Part shown: positions 15,721 through 24,276 of the stretch, piece by piece
How positions within the stretch are numbered: position 1 is the stretch's first letter
Layout: each line of letters opens with the position of its first letter
IMG/VR virus record: IMGVR_UViG_3300030372_000594
Location: 1-36,195 of that record
Length of the DNA stretch: 36,195 nt
DNA from: a virus
Taxonomy: Duplodnaviria > Caudoviricetes
Strand: one strand, 5' to 3'
Made by a program: the position numbers and the translations under genes
Notes under the pieces: generated by a model
What the model saw: only the letters and a program-made list of their open reading frames with translations
Database searches by the model: none
What the model was told of the DNA's origin: nothing

Positions 15721-17757
15721 TTACGCCAAATTCATTCTTTGAGCTTTTTGGATTGCGGGTATTATAGTTTCAACTACAGTTTCATCTACAAGTGGAGCAG
15801 AAATATTTACAGTTACACCAGCATTACCTGTTTGATTCATTTGAGCAAGTGTTTCAGACCCTATAGATTGAACAGCACTTCTGGACATTACAAACTCACC
15901 TCTTTCTGCTTCAATCATTGTGCCACCTTGAGAGTGCCTATTACCCCCAACCATACCACCTCTTTCAAATTTTTGTGCTTTTATTTGTTGTATATTAGCC
16001 ATTCCTTGTGCAAATATTGCAGTTGCACTTAAAAATCCTAAAATTCCCTCTTGGGCAAAAGCTTTGTTCATACCAGCAAACATATCTATAGTTGCACTAG
16101 CTATAGCCAGTCCTTTTGCTAACTCAGCAGTTTTTTTATTATGACCTGCCAATTCACTCATAGCGGATAAAGCATCTGTAGCACCTTTTACTGTAGCTGT
16201 TGTCAGTTTCTCTTTTAAATTTATTTGCTCAGTATCTAATTCTAAATTTTTCTTTATAGCCTCTTGAGCAGTTATGTCTTTATTGCGTTCTTGCAGTTTT
16301 ATTAAAGCTCTTTTTTCATCTATAGCATTTAATTGCTCTGTAATCGTAAGTCCATTTTTTAAATCTAAATTTCTTTGCTTAATAATATCTATTTCTTTTT
16401 GAAATATTTGCGACCTAAGATCAATAACAGAATTGTTTTTTTGAAATGCTTCAGTTTCTTGCTGTATTGCTTCAGCAATTTTAATAATAGAATCTTTTTG
16501 CCCAAGGTTAATATTATTAATATGCTCACCAATCCTAGCTATTCTTTTTTTAAGTTTTATTTCTTTTTCACTTTCCTCTAACCCAAAAACATCATTTTGC
16601 ATTTCTGCTAATTCACCTGCTAACTTTGTTCTTCTAGCTACAAGTATTAATAATTTTTGTTCATTAGACATTGATTCTTTAATAGGTTTATCTGCTAACG
16701 CTATTGAATCTAAATATTTTGTTGCAGATTCAAATACAGAAGTAAAAGCTTTTGCTGTCGTAGTTAGCGCAGGTTGTAAAACCTCGCCTGTAGCAACTGC
16801 TAATTCACTTGTTGCCCTGCTTAATTGATCATATACATCTTGATTGGTAACCACTTCATCTCCTAGGGTTTCTACTTTAGCCCTAGCTGATTCCATAGCT
16901 GATTCTAAAAATGCTGTTTTCTTTTCTTGATCTGTTAATTGATCAACGCTAATTCCTAGTTTCTTAGCATATGCTTCATAAGCCTCTTCTGATTTAACAA
17001 TAATACCAATGTTGTCTAGCATTAACCTAGACTGTCTACCTATACCAGTTACTAGAGACTCAACAGATGATGCTGTATCCCTACCTAATGCCCTACCAAG
17101 TCTTTGGGCAATGTCAAACATTTCAGCCATTTCATCTGAATTTGTACTTACTCCAAGAATCATAGCATTATTTGCTTGTTGAAATAAATCAAACTCAGAC
17201 ATAGTGCCATTAGTAGCTTGTTGTAACTTTTCTAGTGCAACACGAGAGTCGTCAGTAGAGCCTGATAATGTGCCAAAGGCTCTTTCCATATTTTCAACTT
17301 TTGATGCTGTTGTTGCAAATTTTCCTACAGCTCTAATAGCAAAACCTACAGCAAAATTAAACAACAATAATTTTGATCTTAATACCGCAAGAGTTCCTCC
17401 AAGTATTCTAGTTCTATGTGAAAAACCTTTTAAATCTCTAACATATTTTTTTGTTGTTTTTCTTAACCTTGCTAAGGCTAAATCATTACCTCTTAATGCT
17501 CTTTTATATTCAGAAAGAGGAACTTTTAAATCTTTTAAACTTTTACCTTCTAATTGTAAAGCAACTCTTAATTTTTCTACGGCTTTTCTGTGAGATTTAC
17601 TAGAAACTGTTTTTTTTGTTTCTGCTTTAGTAATACTGTTTTGTGTCTTAGTTAAGGCTTTTGTTGCTTCATTGAGTTTTTTAATTGTTGCAATTAATAC
17701 ATCATCGCCTTTTGCTTTAAATTCTACTGTTACTGTTTGCTGTGCTTTACTTGCCAT
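15721..17757 (-). CDS. Tail tape measure protein
   Basis: 678 aa, Ala-rich and helical; SLVTGIGRQS..LDNIGI and C-terminal GGMVGG...EAERGEFV motifs; follows the chaperone pair. Confidence 0.85.
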   Translation of the reverse strand: MASKAQQTVTVEFKAKGDDVLIATIKKLNEATKALTKTQNSITKAETKKTVSSKSHRKAVEKLRVALQLEGKSLKDLKVPLSEYKRALRGNDLALARLRKTTKKYVRDLKGFSHRTRILGGTLAVLRSKLLLFNFAVGFAIRAVGKFATTASKVENMERAFGTLSGSTDDSRVALEKLQQATNGTMSEFDLFQQANNAMILGVSTNSDEMAEMFDIAQRLGRALGRDTASSVESLVTGIGRQSRLMLDNIGIIVKSEEAYEAYAKKLGISVDQLTDQEKKTAFLESAMESARAKVETLGDEVVTNQDVYDQLSRATSELAVATGEVLQPALTTTAKAFTSVFESATKYLDSIALADKPIKESMSNEQKLLILVARRTKLAGELAEMQNDVFGLEESEKEIKLKKRIARIGEHINNINLGQKDSIIKIAEAIQQETEAFQKNNSVIDLRSQIFQKEIDIIKQRNLDLKNGLTITEQLNAIDEKRALIKLQERNKDITAQEAIKKNLELDTEQINLKEKLTTATVKGATDALSAMSELAGHNKKTAELAKGLAIASATIDMFAGMNKAFAQEGILGFLSATAIFAQGMANIQQIKAQKFERGGMVGGNRHSQGGTMIEAERGEFVMSRSAVQSIGSETLAQMNQTGNAGVTVNISAPLVDETVVETIIPAIQKAQRMNLA

Positions 17758-18130
17758 GATTTATAGCCTCTGATTTCTTACGCTCTATTGCGTTTTTTAT
17801 TAAAAAACTTTTTTCTATCCACTTACTTGGTTGCTCTCCGTATGTTCCTTTATGTGGATTAATACCAAATTGCTGAGAATATATATACCTAGAAATATCT
17901 TTTTGTGATTGAGAATCTAGAAGTGCATTAGGACAAGCAAAAAAAGGTAACTGTTTTACTACAGATTGAGCTATATTAAAATTGCTACCTTTTTTATTTG
18001 TTTGTTTGACCTCATCAATTAAAAGCTCAATAACAGACTCTACATCACTCTTTGATGTAAATACTCTAGTCTCATATTTTCCTTCGATTAAGATAGGAAT
18101 TTGAGCTTTATATGGGTATGTATGATACAT
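17747..18130 (-). CDS. Tail assembly chaperone T-like segment (probably a frameshift extension)
   Basis: Lies in the -1 frame of the upstream gene and is open back to the slippery site. Confidence 0.65.
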   Translation of the reverse strand: MYHTYPYKAQIPILIEGKYETRVFTSKSDVESVIELLIDEVKQTNKKGSNFNIAQSVVKQLPFFACPNALLDSQSQKDISRYIYSQQFGINPHKGTYGEQPSKWIEKSFLIKNAIERKKSEAINHGK

Positions 18131-18183
18131 ACAACCCCCACAATGATTGGCTACATGAATGTTGTATTCTAGTGTGAGGGCTT

Positions 18184-18447
18184 CTACTCCCCCAAGCGTT
18201 GATACTCTTGAATAGCAACTGATAACTCATTCTTCTCGTCATCTGTCAAGGACTTAATAAATTTATCATCTGCGCCCTCAACTCCTTTTCTAATCCATGC
18301 AGTTCTAGCTTTAGATAGATTTTTAATTGCTACAAGACTTTCCCCATCGTATTTCATTTCAGGAACATCATTGCAGAAATCTATATCGTCTACTGACATT
18401 TCTTTTAATTTTACTTCTTTGTCAGTAGCAAGTTTGATACTCTTCAT
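18184..18447 (-). CDS. Tail assembly chaperone G-like protein
   Basis: 87 aa, between the tail tube and tape measure genes. Confidence 0.7.
   Translation of the reverse strand: MKSIKLATDKEVKLKEMSVDDIDFCNDVPEMKYDGESLVAIKNLSKARTAWIRKGVEGADDKFIKSLTDDEKNELSVAIQEYQRLGE
18187..18193 (-). other. Putative -1 ribosomal frameshift site GGGGGAG
   Basis: TTG GGG GAG TAG; the -1 frame reads GVEALTLEYNIHVANHCGGC into MYHTYP with no stop. Confidence 0.65.
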
Positions 18448-19433
18448 TATGCTAGGTCAAATGTAATAGGTGCTTGATCCCCTGTAACTGCTTTTATGGC
18501 TACATCTAACATCATTGCATCACCTTCGTTAAAAGTAACATCTGTAAGAATGCCATCAGGGATAGCGATTGAGCAATCCGTTGCTGTTCCCTGAGTCATA
18601 ACAAACATATTCCCATCGGTAATACCAGTTTGACCATTAAAATTATGATACAATCCTCTTGATGCTGCATCATATTTAACTGTAGCATTTGCAGTTATTG
18701 ATATTTCTTCACCTCTACTAAACGCTTGGTATCCCGAACTTGAAAAACCAGTATAAATTGCAGGGCTTTCAATAGTTACATCAAAGGCTGTCATTACAAC
18801 GCTTGCTGCGGCAACTGTTTTAGTACTCAATCCTGTAACGCTAATATACGATGTCCCAAAGGTATTATTGCCGGGATTGTCTGTATTATTAGTTGTTGGA
18901 TTAAAACCAGTTGATATAGTTGCGCTGAATTTATAGACACCACCATCTGTGCCAGAATCAGCAGAAATAGTAAAGCTAGTACACAAACAGCCAGTTAAAA
19001 CTGTGTTGTAGCCATCTGTGGTGTCTGGTGGGTGTAGTATTAGTGTAAATGTCTTATCCCCAGCTGACTCTCCATATAAACCAGAAACTCCAGTAGCAGC
19101 TGTAGCAACTTCAACATCAGCAACAGCAGTCCCTATTGTAGAGCCAGTTACACTTTGCATTAAAATTGTTGTTCCCACATCCTTGCGAAATGTTCCTGAA
19201 AGAGTAACCTCAACCGCTCTCATTTCATTGTCTTGGAAAAAATCATCTTTATGTAATACTTTGCCAGCTCTTGACCTTACTGATGCAACTTGATTTGGGT
19301 TTAAACTAGGGAAAGCTACTGAATCTACATCTAGCTGATAAGCATTTGATGTAAAAGTTGGTGCTGTTCCACAGGCAGCTTCTTCAATTACCCATGCTTG
19401 AAAATCTCTTGGTGAAAATACTGCGTTAGCCAT
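18447..19433 (-). CDS. Major tail tube protein
   Basis: 328 aa, Thr/Ser/Gly-rich; canonical position. Confidence 0.75.
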   Translation of the reverse strand: MANAVFSPRDFQAWVIEEAACGTAPTFTSNAYQLDVDSVAFPSLNPNQVASVRSRAGKVLHKDDFFQDNEMRAVEVTLSGTFRKDVGTTILMQSVTGSTIGTAVADVEVATAATGVSGLYGESAGDKTFTLILHPPDTTDGYNTVLTGCLCTSFTISADSGTDGGVYKFSATISTGFNPTTNNTDNPGNNTFGTSYISVTGLSTKTVAAASVVMTAFDVTIESPAIYTGFSSSGYQAFSRGEEISITANATVKYDAASRGLYHNFNGQTGITDGNMFVMTQGTATDCSIAIPDGILTDVTFNEGDAMMLDVAIKAVTGDQAPITFDLA

Positions 19434-19602
19434 TATTTACCTCTTTCTTTGAATTTGTTTCTATTTTATCTTTTATTTGATCTGGTACAATGTCTAACTC
19501 AACACTTTTACCCTGATTTAAAGCTACCCAATCTTTATGTTCTAAATTACAAAAATTGTAATTAGATGATAGCTTTTCATCTTTTTTTAACTTTACTTTC
19601 AT
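19426..19602 (-). CDS. Hypothetical protein (58 aa, not in ORF track)
   Basis: MKVKLKKDEKLSSNYNFCNLEHKDWVALNQG...; AAGGA RBS. Confidence 0.6.
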   Translation of the reverse strand: MKVKLKKDEKLSSNYNFCNLEHKDWVALNQGKSVELDIVPDQIKDKIETNSKKEVNNG

Positions 19603-19620
19603 ATCTTATTCCTTATTACT

Positions 19621-20052
19621 TTATGATATGTTGCCTAAGTATTTACCTCTCCATTCCCATCTCATCACATTTAAACCTTCAATTAATGCTTCGTCATCTT
19701 CTATCTCATTAATACGGCAAGTTAATAACCTACCATCAAAAAAGGTATTGCTCTGATTCTGAAAGAATAGACCTTCTATGTGCGATACTTGACGAAGTAT
19801 ATGCTCCCAAGTATCTTTTTTAATTGTTTTTTCTTTAAAAGTATATGATACATCTATTATATACTCTCTAAGCTCTCCTGTAGACATACGCTCAATTAAA
19901 TTCGTACCTACAGGATTAAGTCTTATAGACTGGTTTCCCATGTCTTTAAAGTCTCCTGTGTAAACAGGGATGCTACCAGCAAATTCAGAATTTAAGAAAG
20001 TGCGAATAGTGTCTAATATCTTATCATCCCAGATATTGACAAATGTAATCAT
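19621..20052 (-). CDS. Tail completion/terminator-like protein
   Basis: 143 aa; called from position and size. Confidence 0.5.
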   Translation of the reverse strand: MITFVNIWDDKILDTIRTFLNSEFAGSIPVYTGDFKDMGNQSIRLNPVGTNLIERMSTGELREYIIDVSYTFKEKTIKKDTWEHILRQVSHIEGLFFQNQSNTFFDGRLLTCRINEIEDDEALIEGLNVMRWEWRGKYLGNIS

Positions 20053-20996
20053 CTACGAGTTGCCCTCATAGACATTGGCATTCCACCATCCGTTAGTTCA
20101 TACTTACCATGAACCTCAATTTCCCAATAATCATTAATAGTGGCTGTGTCTGCTGTGTCACCAGCAAATCTTAAATCTAAACCACGACTAAGTAGCTGAT
20201 AATCACCACTTATAGTCTCAACATAACTGGCAGTATCACCATTATTCATTTTTTCACTACCAAGATTAGTAGAATCAGATTCCCATACAGAATACTTAGC
20301 AGTCCCCATAGCCCCAGCTGTGGTGATCTTAACTCCTATTTTATCGTATATTCCGTAATAAGCCCCTCTAGTATCTACAATCCTAAGATTACCATTAACT
20401 GTACCTTCCCTTATAACCCCCATAGAGGAATCACCAGTTGTTTGCCAAGACAGTTTTGCGCTACCAGTATTTAAAGCTGTAATGTTTTGCTCTGCATCAT
20501 TGAATAAAGCATCTGCTACTTCAGATGTTGGTTGTGATGCCCTTATTAAAAAAGCGCAGGCTATGAGAGCAGTTGTTCTAATAATCATATAATCATAATT
20601 ACCATCTTGGTCTTTAAATTGTTTTCTAGGCAACTTACCATCTAGCCTAGAGTCAAGGTATTTTTCAGCGTTTGATATGTATCTTGTTTTTAATGTTGCC
20701 CAATCATCACCAGACTCCATTAACATATCATTGGGGTTAGTAGCACTATTATAATAATAAACAGCATCTAATGATGATTCATAAAACCATTCTCCATTAG
20801 CATTTACTACCCCACTATTTGCCTCAGCAGAACCTAAGTCCTGACCATTAGCAAATAACTGAGTAATTAAACCACAATTATCTGCCCTATATAGTGAACT
20901 GCTGTGAACTACCCATCCGTAGATAGGAGTTTTTGTGTCAAATTCATCAATAGATGGAAACACATCTTTTAAATCTCTATTTGTACAATAAGCCAT
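20049..20996 (-). CDS. Head-tail adaptor-like protein with extra domains
   Basis: Starts MAYCTNRDL and contains ISNAEKYLDSRL, typical of gp6/gp36-type adaptors; long at 315 aa. Confidence 0.6.
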   Translation of the reverse strand: MAYCTNRDLKDVFPSIDEFDTKTPIYGWVVHSSSLYRADNCGLITQLFANGQDLGSAEANSGVVNANGEWFYESSLDAVYYYNSATNPNDMLMESGDDWATLKTRYISNAEKYLDSRLDGKLPRKQFKDQDGNYDYMIIRTTALIACAFLIRASQPTSEVADALFNDAEQNITALNTGSAKLSWQTTGDSSMGVIREGTVNGNLRIVDTRGAYYGIYDKIGVKITTAGAMGTAKYSVWESDSTNLGSEKMNNGDTASYVETISGDYQLLSRGLDLRFAGDTADTATINDYWEIEVHGKYELTDGGMPMSMRATRR

Positions 20997-21040
20997 AGTA
21001 TTCCTATTTTAATATTTTATAGTGTTTAATACAATACAAA

Positions 21041-21057
21041 AGTTAAGGAACTTAACT
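21041..21057. repeat. 17-bp palindrome copy 7 (AGTTAAG-GAA-CTTAACT)
   Basis: Supplies the TAA stop of the endolysin on the - strand; lies upstream of the neck/tail genes. Confidence 0.9.
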
Positions 21058-21432
21058 CCTGAGTTCCACATGAACTAGATCATCGAATGAATTATCTGCT
21101 ATCTCACCATCACTATCCCAGTCTCCACCCCAACGAACATTTACATTCATATTTTTAGCTATACCCCTAATCATTCCACCCATGTAATGAAATCTTTCTC
21201 TGTCCTCCCAGTCAATAGGGTATGGTGCAAGGTCTACAGCTCTACCTTCAATATGCTTAGAGTATTTTGTTTTACTTGCACCCTTATCCACTAATTCGTC
21301 TTGTCTTTCCTGTGTTCTTAATCCCTCAATAATAGTTACATCCATTATTTTAATAAGTTCATTTAAAACATTTACAAGCTCAGGCTTAACGCCTTTTAGC
21401 CTACTTCTAGACCTTTTTCCAAAACGATACAT
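21052..21432 (-). CDS. Endolysin, M15-family (L-Ala-D-Glu) peptidase
   Basis: EGLRT..RQ..L, SKH..GRAVD, WGGDW, D.VHVEL motifs. Confidence 0.92.
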   Translation of the reverse strand: MYRFGKRSRSRLKGVKPELVNVLNELIKIMDVTIIEGLRTQERQDELVDKGASKTKYSKHIEGRAVDLAPYPIDWEDRERFHYMGGMIRGIAKNMNVNVRWGGDWDSDGEIADNSFDDLVHVELRS

Positions 21433-21518
21433 TATTTTTTCTTTTTCTTTTTTGCTTTTACTTTTCTTTTCTTTTTAGATTTTGGCTTACCAAAACCATA
21501 TCCTTTTCCTTTAGGCAT
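21432..21518 (-). CDS. Tiny basic peptide, family C copy 1 (28 aa, not in ORF track)
   Basis: MPKGKGYGFGKPKSKKKRKVKAKKKKKK; TAATG-coupled on both sides. Confidence 0.7.
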   Translation of the reverse strand: MPKGKGYGFGKPKSKKKRKVKAKKKKKK

Positions 21519-21652
21519 TATTTTTTTCCTCTCTTTTTTATTTTTTTAATTTTACCATTTTTAGTTCTTGCAAATTTGTGAGTTTTTGTTTCTCTGATTA
21601 AAGTGCCAGAGTATCTTTTATTTCCCCACTTCCAACTTACTTTTTTAGCCAT
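21518..21652 (-). CDS. Small basic protein, family B copy 1 (44 aa, not in ORF track)
   Basis: MAKKVSWKWGNKRYSGTLIRETKTHKFARTKNGKIKKIKKRGKK; paralog at 34969..35091. Confidence 0.85.
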   Translation of the reverse strand: MAKKVSWKWGNKRYSGTLIRETKTHKFARTKNGKIKKIKKRGKK

Positions 21653-21653
21653 A

Positions 21654-21938
21654 TTACCACTTTACCTTATTTGCCCAATATGCTGCGGACATTTTTCCTC
21701 TTGCTATATTTTTTCTGTGCCTAGCTTTAAATGACCTTCGTCTTGCTTTTTGAGCTGCACTCTTAGGTTTTTTACCAGCCCCACTTACTCCTTGTTGCCC
21801 AAATCTAATAAGTTTTACCCTACCACCAGACTTTGCTAAAACAACATGAGATTTAGTTTTATGACCTCTTGTTCTTTTTGGCTTATTAAAGCCTTTTAAG
21901 CCATATCTTTTTAACCTAGGATCTCTTTTTTTAGGCAT
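21654..21938 (-). CDS. Small basic protein, family A copy 1
   Basis: 94 aa, K/R-rich; GFNKPKRT..HKTKSH...IRFGQQGV...MSAAYWANKVKW; paralog at 30971..31258. Confidence 0.85.
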   Translation of the reverse strand: MPKKRDPRLKRYGLKGFNKPKRTRGHKTKSHVVLAKSGGRVKLIRFGQQGVSGAGKKPKSAAQKARRRSFKARHRKNIARGKMSAAYWANKVKW

Positions 21939-22165
21939 TACTTACCTTTAAATAATCCCTCTACAACATCTGCAACTAAATCTACACACTTTTCAAAAAA
22001 CACTTGTTCTTTATCTTCACTAACAAAAGGTATGTCAATTTTTGCATTTATTTTAGTAGCTAATTCGTCTTGAAATTCATCAGACTGAACCCACTCTACT
22101 GCTTTTTCTTTAAATTGATCAGCTTGAGATTCTGCTACTGATAACATTATTGATTTAAAATCCAT
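21938..22165 (-). CDS. Hypothetical protein in the lysis region
   Basis: 75-aa ORF, coupled to its neighbour. Confidence 0.7.
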   Translation of the reverse strand: MDFKSIMLSVAESQADQFKEKAVEWVQSDEFQDELATKINAKIDIPFVSEDKEQVFFEKCVDLVADVVEGLFKGK

Positions 22166-22166
22166 A

Positions 22167-22307
22167 TTATTTCCTTATTTTATTTATTTTTAATACTAAA
22201 TAGACTATTGTTAGCAATGCCACTACACATTGTAATGTTAAACTAGCATTAGTTAATGATAGTCCGTAATTTGCTACACTAGCTGATGCTACTTTTACGC
22301 TATCCAT
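22167..22307 (-). CDS. Holin-like small membrane protein (46 aa, not in ORF track)
   Basis: MDSVKVASASVANYGLSLTNASLTLQCVVALLTIVYLVLKINKIRK; hydrophobic helix with a basic tail. Confidence 0.55.
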   Translation of the reverse strand: MDSVKVASASVANYGLSLTNASLTLQCVVALLTIVYLVLKINKIRK

Positions 22308-22623
22308 TTTTACCATTTACCCTTGACAGGCTACCTTTTATTTCTGAAACTTGATTATCCAAGTCATTAATTTCTTTGTTAAGGGAGTCAAACTTTCTAT
22401 CCAATTTATCATCTGATTGATTCCATCTGCCAATAAGTTTAATGACCATACTTTCCATATTCTCAAGTGTTTCACTTTGACCCTTATTTTCTATTTTTAG
22501 GTTCTGCAGGGCTTCCGCTTGTTCGTTTCCTCTTTTGTTCATAGAGTAAACCATAAACATAAACATAGCCCCTACGACACCTATCATACCCATTTCTGAG
22601 TATATCGCTATAAATTCTTCCAT
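22300..22623 (-). CDS. Membrane-anchored coiled-coil protein (holin-like)
   Basis: N-terminal TM segment followed by a heptad-rich region. Confidence 0.55.
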   Translation of the reverse strand: MEEFIAIYSEMGMIGVVGAMFMFMVYSMNKRGNEQAEALQNLKIENKGQSETLENMESMVIKLIGRWNQSDDKLDRKFDSLNKEINDLDNQVSEIKGSLSRVNGKNG

Positions 22624-22923
22624 TTACTTCTTCTTCTTTTTTAATAGTTTTTGATGCCATTTTAAATCTTCTTCCATTTGCTCATATCGTTTATTTTCTT
22701 CTTCTATATGTTTTTCTACCAGTTCTGTAATTGTATTATCTGAATTTGATACTCTGCGTTCAAGTTCTCCAATTCTATAGACAATTTGATAGTACGAATA
22801 AACAAATCCAGCGACAAGTACGCACATTTGAATAAGCCACTTAATATTAATACTAATAATGGCGTTATCATCCACGACTGCCCCACGATATGATCTTGCT
22901 GTTTTAGGTTTATCATCAGACAT
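22624..22923 (-). CDS. Single-TM protein with coiled coil and basic tail
   Basis: WLIQMCVLVAGFVYSYY TM segment; ends KKKKK. Confidence 0.65.
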   Translation of the reverse strand: MSDDKPKTARSYRGAVVDDNAIISINIKWLIQMCVLVAGFVYSYYQIVYRIGELERRVSNSDNTITELVEKHIEEENKRYEQMEEDLKWHQKLLKKKKK

Positions 22924-22928
22924 ATTTT

Positions 22929-23423
22929 CTATGGTTTATAATACTTATAAAAATCTTCAGGTTTTTCTGTGTCTACCACAACAAAGATTGGAGAAACAAT
23001 ACTATTGCCTGTACCAGACCCACCAATAATGGCATATTCATAACGACCATTTTGATAGGGACTTTTGATTGTGTCGTTGTCAAACAAGTGTAAAAAACTT
23101 GTGTCATTAAATACAGGAACAAATTCAGCATCAGTTAATTCCTCAACTTCAATTCTTCTATTGTTATTATTATCAATTAATACTCCAATACTACTTGTTC
23201 TATGTGCTTGACTTGGAAATTTACCCATTCCATTTACTTCAACTTGTTGGTTGTACCACATCGAAGATGCTTTTGTAATCTTTTCAAGGTTAGCTCTGGT
23301 TTGCTTTGCCTTAGCTCCCTCACCGATACGACTAAAAGCAGGAGCTGCGGTAGTAGCCAAAGTAGCCATGATAGCCATAGTAACAGCAAATTCTGCCAAT
23401 GAGTTTCCACTATTGTTTCTCAT
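22929..23423 (-). CDS. Type IV pilin/pseudopilin-like protein
   Basis: Class III signal MRNNSG|NSLAEFAVTMAIMATLATTAAP with Gly-1, Glu+5, a hydrophobic helix and Pro at +22. Confidence 0.78.
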   Translation of the reverse strand: MRNNSGNSLAEFAVTMAIMATLATTAAPAFSRIGEGAKAKQTRANLEKITKASSMWYNQQVEVNGMGKFPSQAHRTSSIGVLIDNNNNRRIEVEELTDAEFVPVFNDTSFLHLFDNDTIKSPYQNGRYEYAIIGGSGTGNSIVSPIFVVVDTEKPEDFYKYYKP

Positions 23424-23692
23424 ATGTTTTTAGCAACCCCATTTACTAATGTGTGTTTACCTGCTTCAATGTTTTCTATTTCATCTTCTGCTTCTTTAAA
23501 AAAAGCGGATTGGGCGGTAATCCAAGAATCAGTTCTTTTAATTACCACCCCATCACTTGTAACTATATAACTCTTGTTCTGTGCATCAAAAGAAACTGTC
23601 TCATCATCACTAAATTTGTATGTTACATTTTCTTTAGTTCTAGGTTTAAAAATATAAACCTTATTACCTTTTGCACATTTACGAACAAGCAT
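23420..23692 (-). CDS. Hypothetical protein
   Basis: 90-aa ORF, coupled on both sides. Confidence 0.7.
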   Translation of the reverse strand: MLVRKCAKGNKVYIFKPRTKENVTYKFSDDETVSFDAQNKSYIVTSDGVVIKRTDSWITAQSAFFKEAEDEIENIEAGKHTLVNGVAKNI

Positions 23693-23928
23693 TATGCCTC
23701 TACTTCAACCTCTTCAGGTTCAGATTCAAGAGATTCCCTCAGTTTACCTATAAATGCTTCTTTCCCAACTTCTAACTGATCACGCATAAACTGATTAGCA
23801 TTAATTTTGCTTTGCATATCGTTAATGTGGTTTAATAGCATTTTTTCCTCATCAGTCATCTCATCAATGACATACTCTTTTTCATCAAGAGTAAGGACTG
23901 CAGGCTTTTCTTTTTCTTTTTTAGCCAT
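23692..23928 (-). CDS. Small coiled-coil protein (DUF6447-like)
   Basis: LTLDEKEYVIDEMTDEEK...QLEVGKEAF pattern; AGGAG RBS. Confidence 0.6.
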   Translation of the reverse strand: MAKKEKEKPAVLTLDEKEYVIDEMTDEEKMLLNHINDMQSKINANQFMRDQLEVGKEAFIGKLRESLESEPEEVEVEA

Positions 23929-23952
23929 TATGTACTCCTTTGTTTGTTATTG

Positions 23953-24276
23953 TTAAAGTGCTTTTAAATCTTTTTCTAGTTCTTCCCAATCAGCTTGTTC
24001 TGCCTGTGCTTCAGATGCTCTATCTTTACATTCCTGTATTCGATTAGCAACATCGCTTAGATTGTAAGACTGAACAGAATCATCTAGTGCTTTACCATTA
24101 CTTGAGTCAAACTGCTTTCTAACTAGCTGTAATTCATCGTGTGATTGTTCAATTTCAGCTGCTCTTACAACATTTCCATCATCATCTTTGACTTCAGAAA
24201 TTGCTGGTCGGTCAACCACTTTAGCTTTCTTTACAGACCAGCTCTTAGCTGATTTCATTGCTTTGTAGTTTTTCAT
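23953..24276 (-). CDS. Hypothetical protein downstream of the fibre gene
   Basis: 107-aa ORF with a C-terminal coiled coil. Confidence 0.7.
   Translation of the reverse strand: MKNYKAMKSAKSWSVKKAKVVDRPAISEVKDDDGNVVRAAEIEQSHDELQLVRKQFDSSNGKALDDSVQSYNLSDVANRIQECKDRASEAQAEQADWEELEKDLKAL

Noticed and set aside
14641-20336. Extra palindrome copies at about 14641, 17650 and 20328 (also 4672)
   Set aside because: These are half-sites only, with no matching second arm.
476-21057. Palindromes as a CRISPR array, MITE or terminator
   Set aside because: They are dispersed, only 17 bp long, AT-rich, and have no regular spacers, target-site duplications or U tails.
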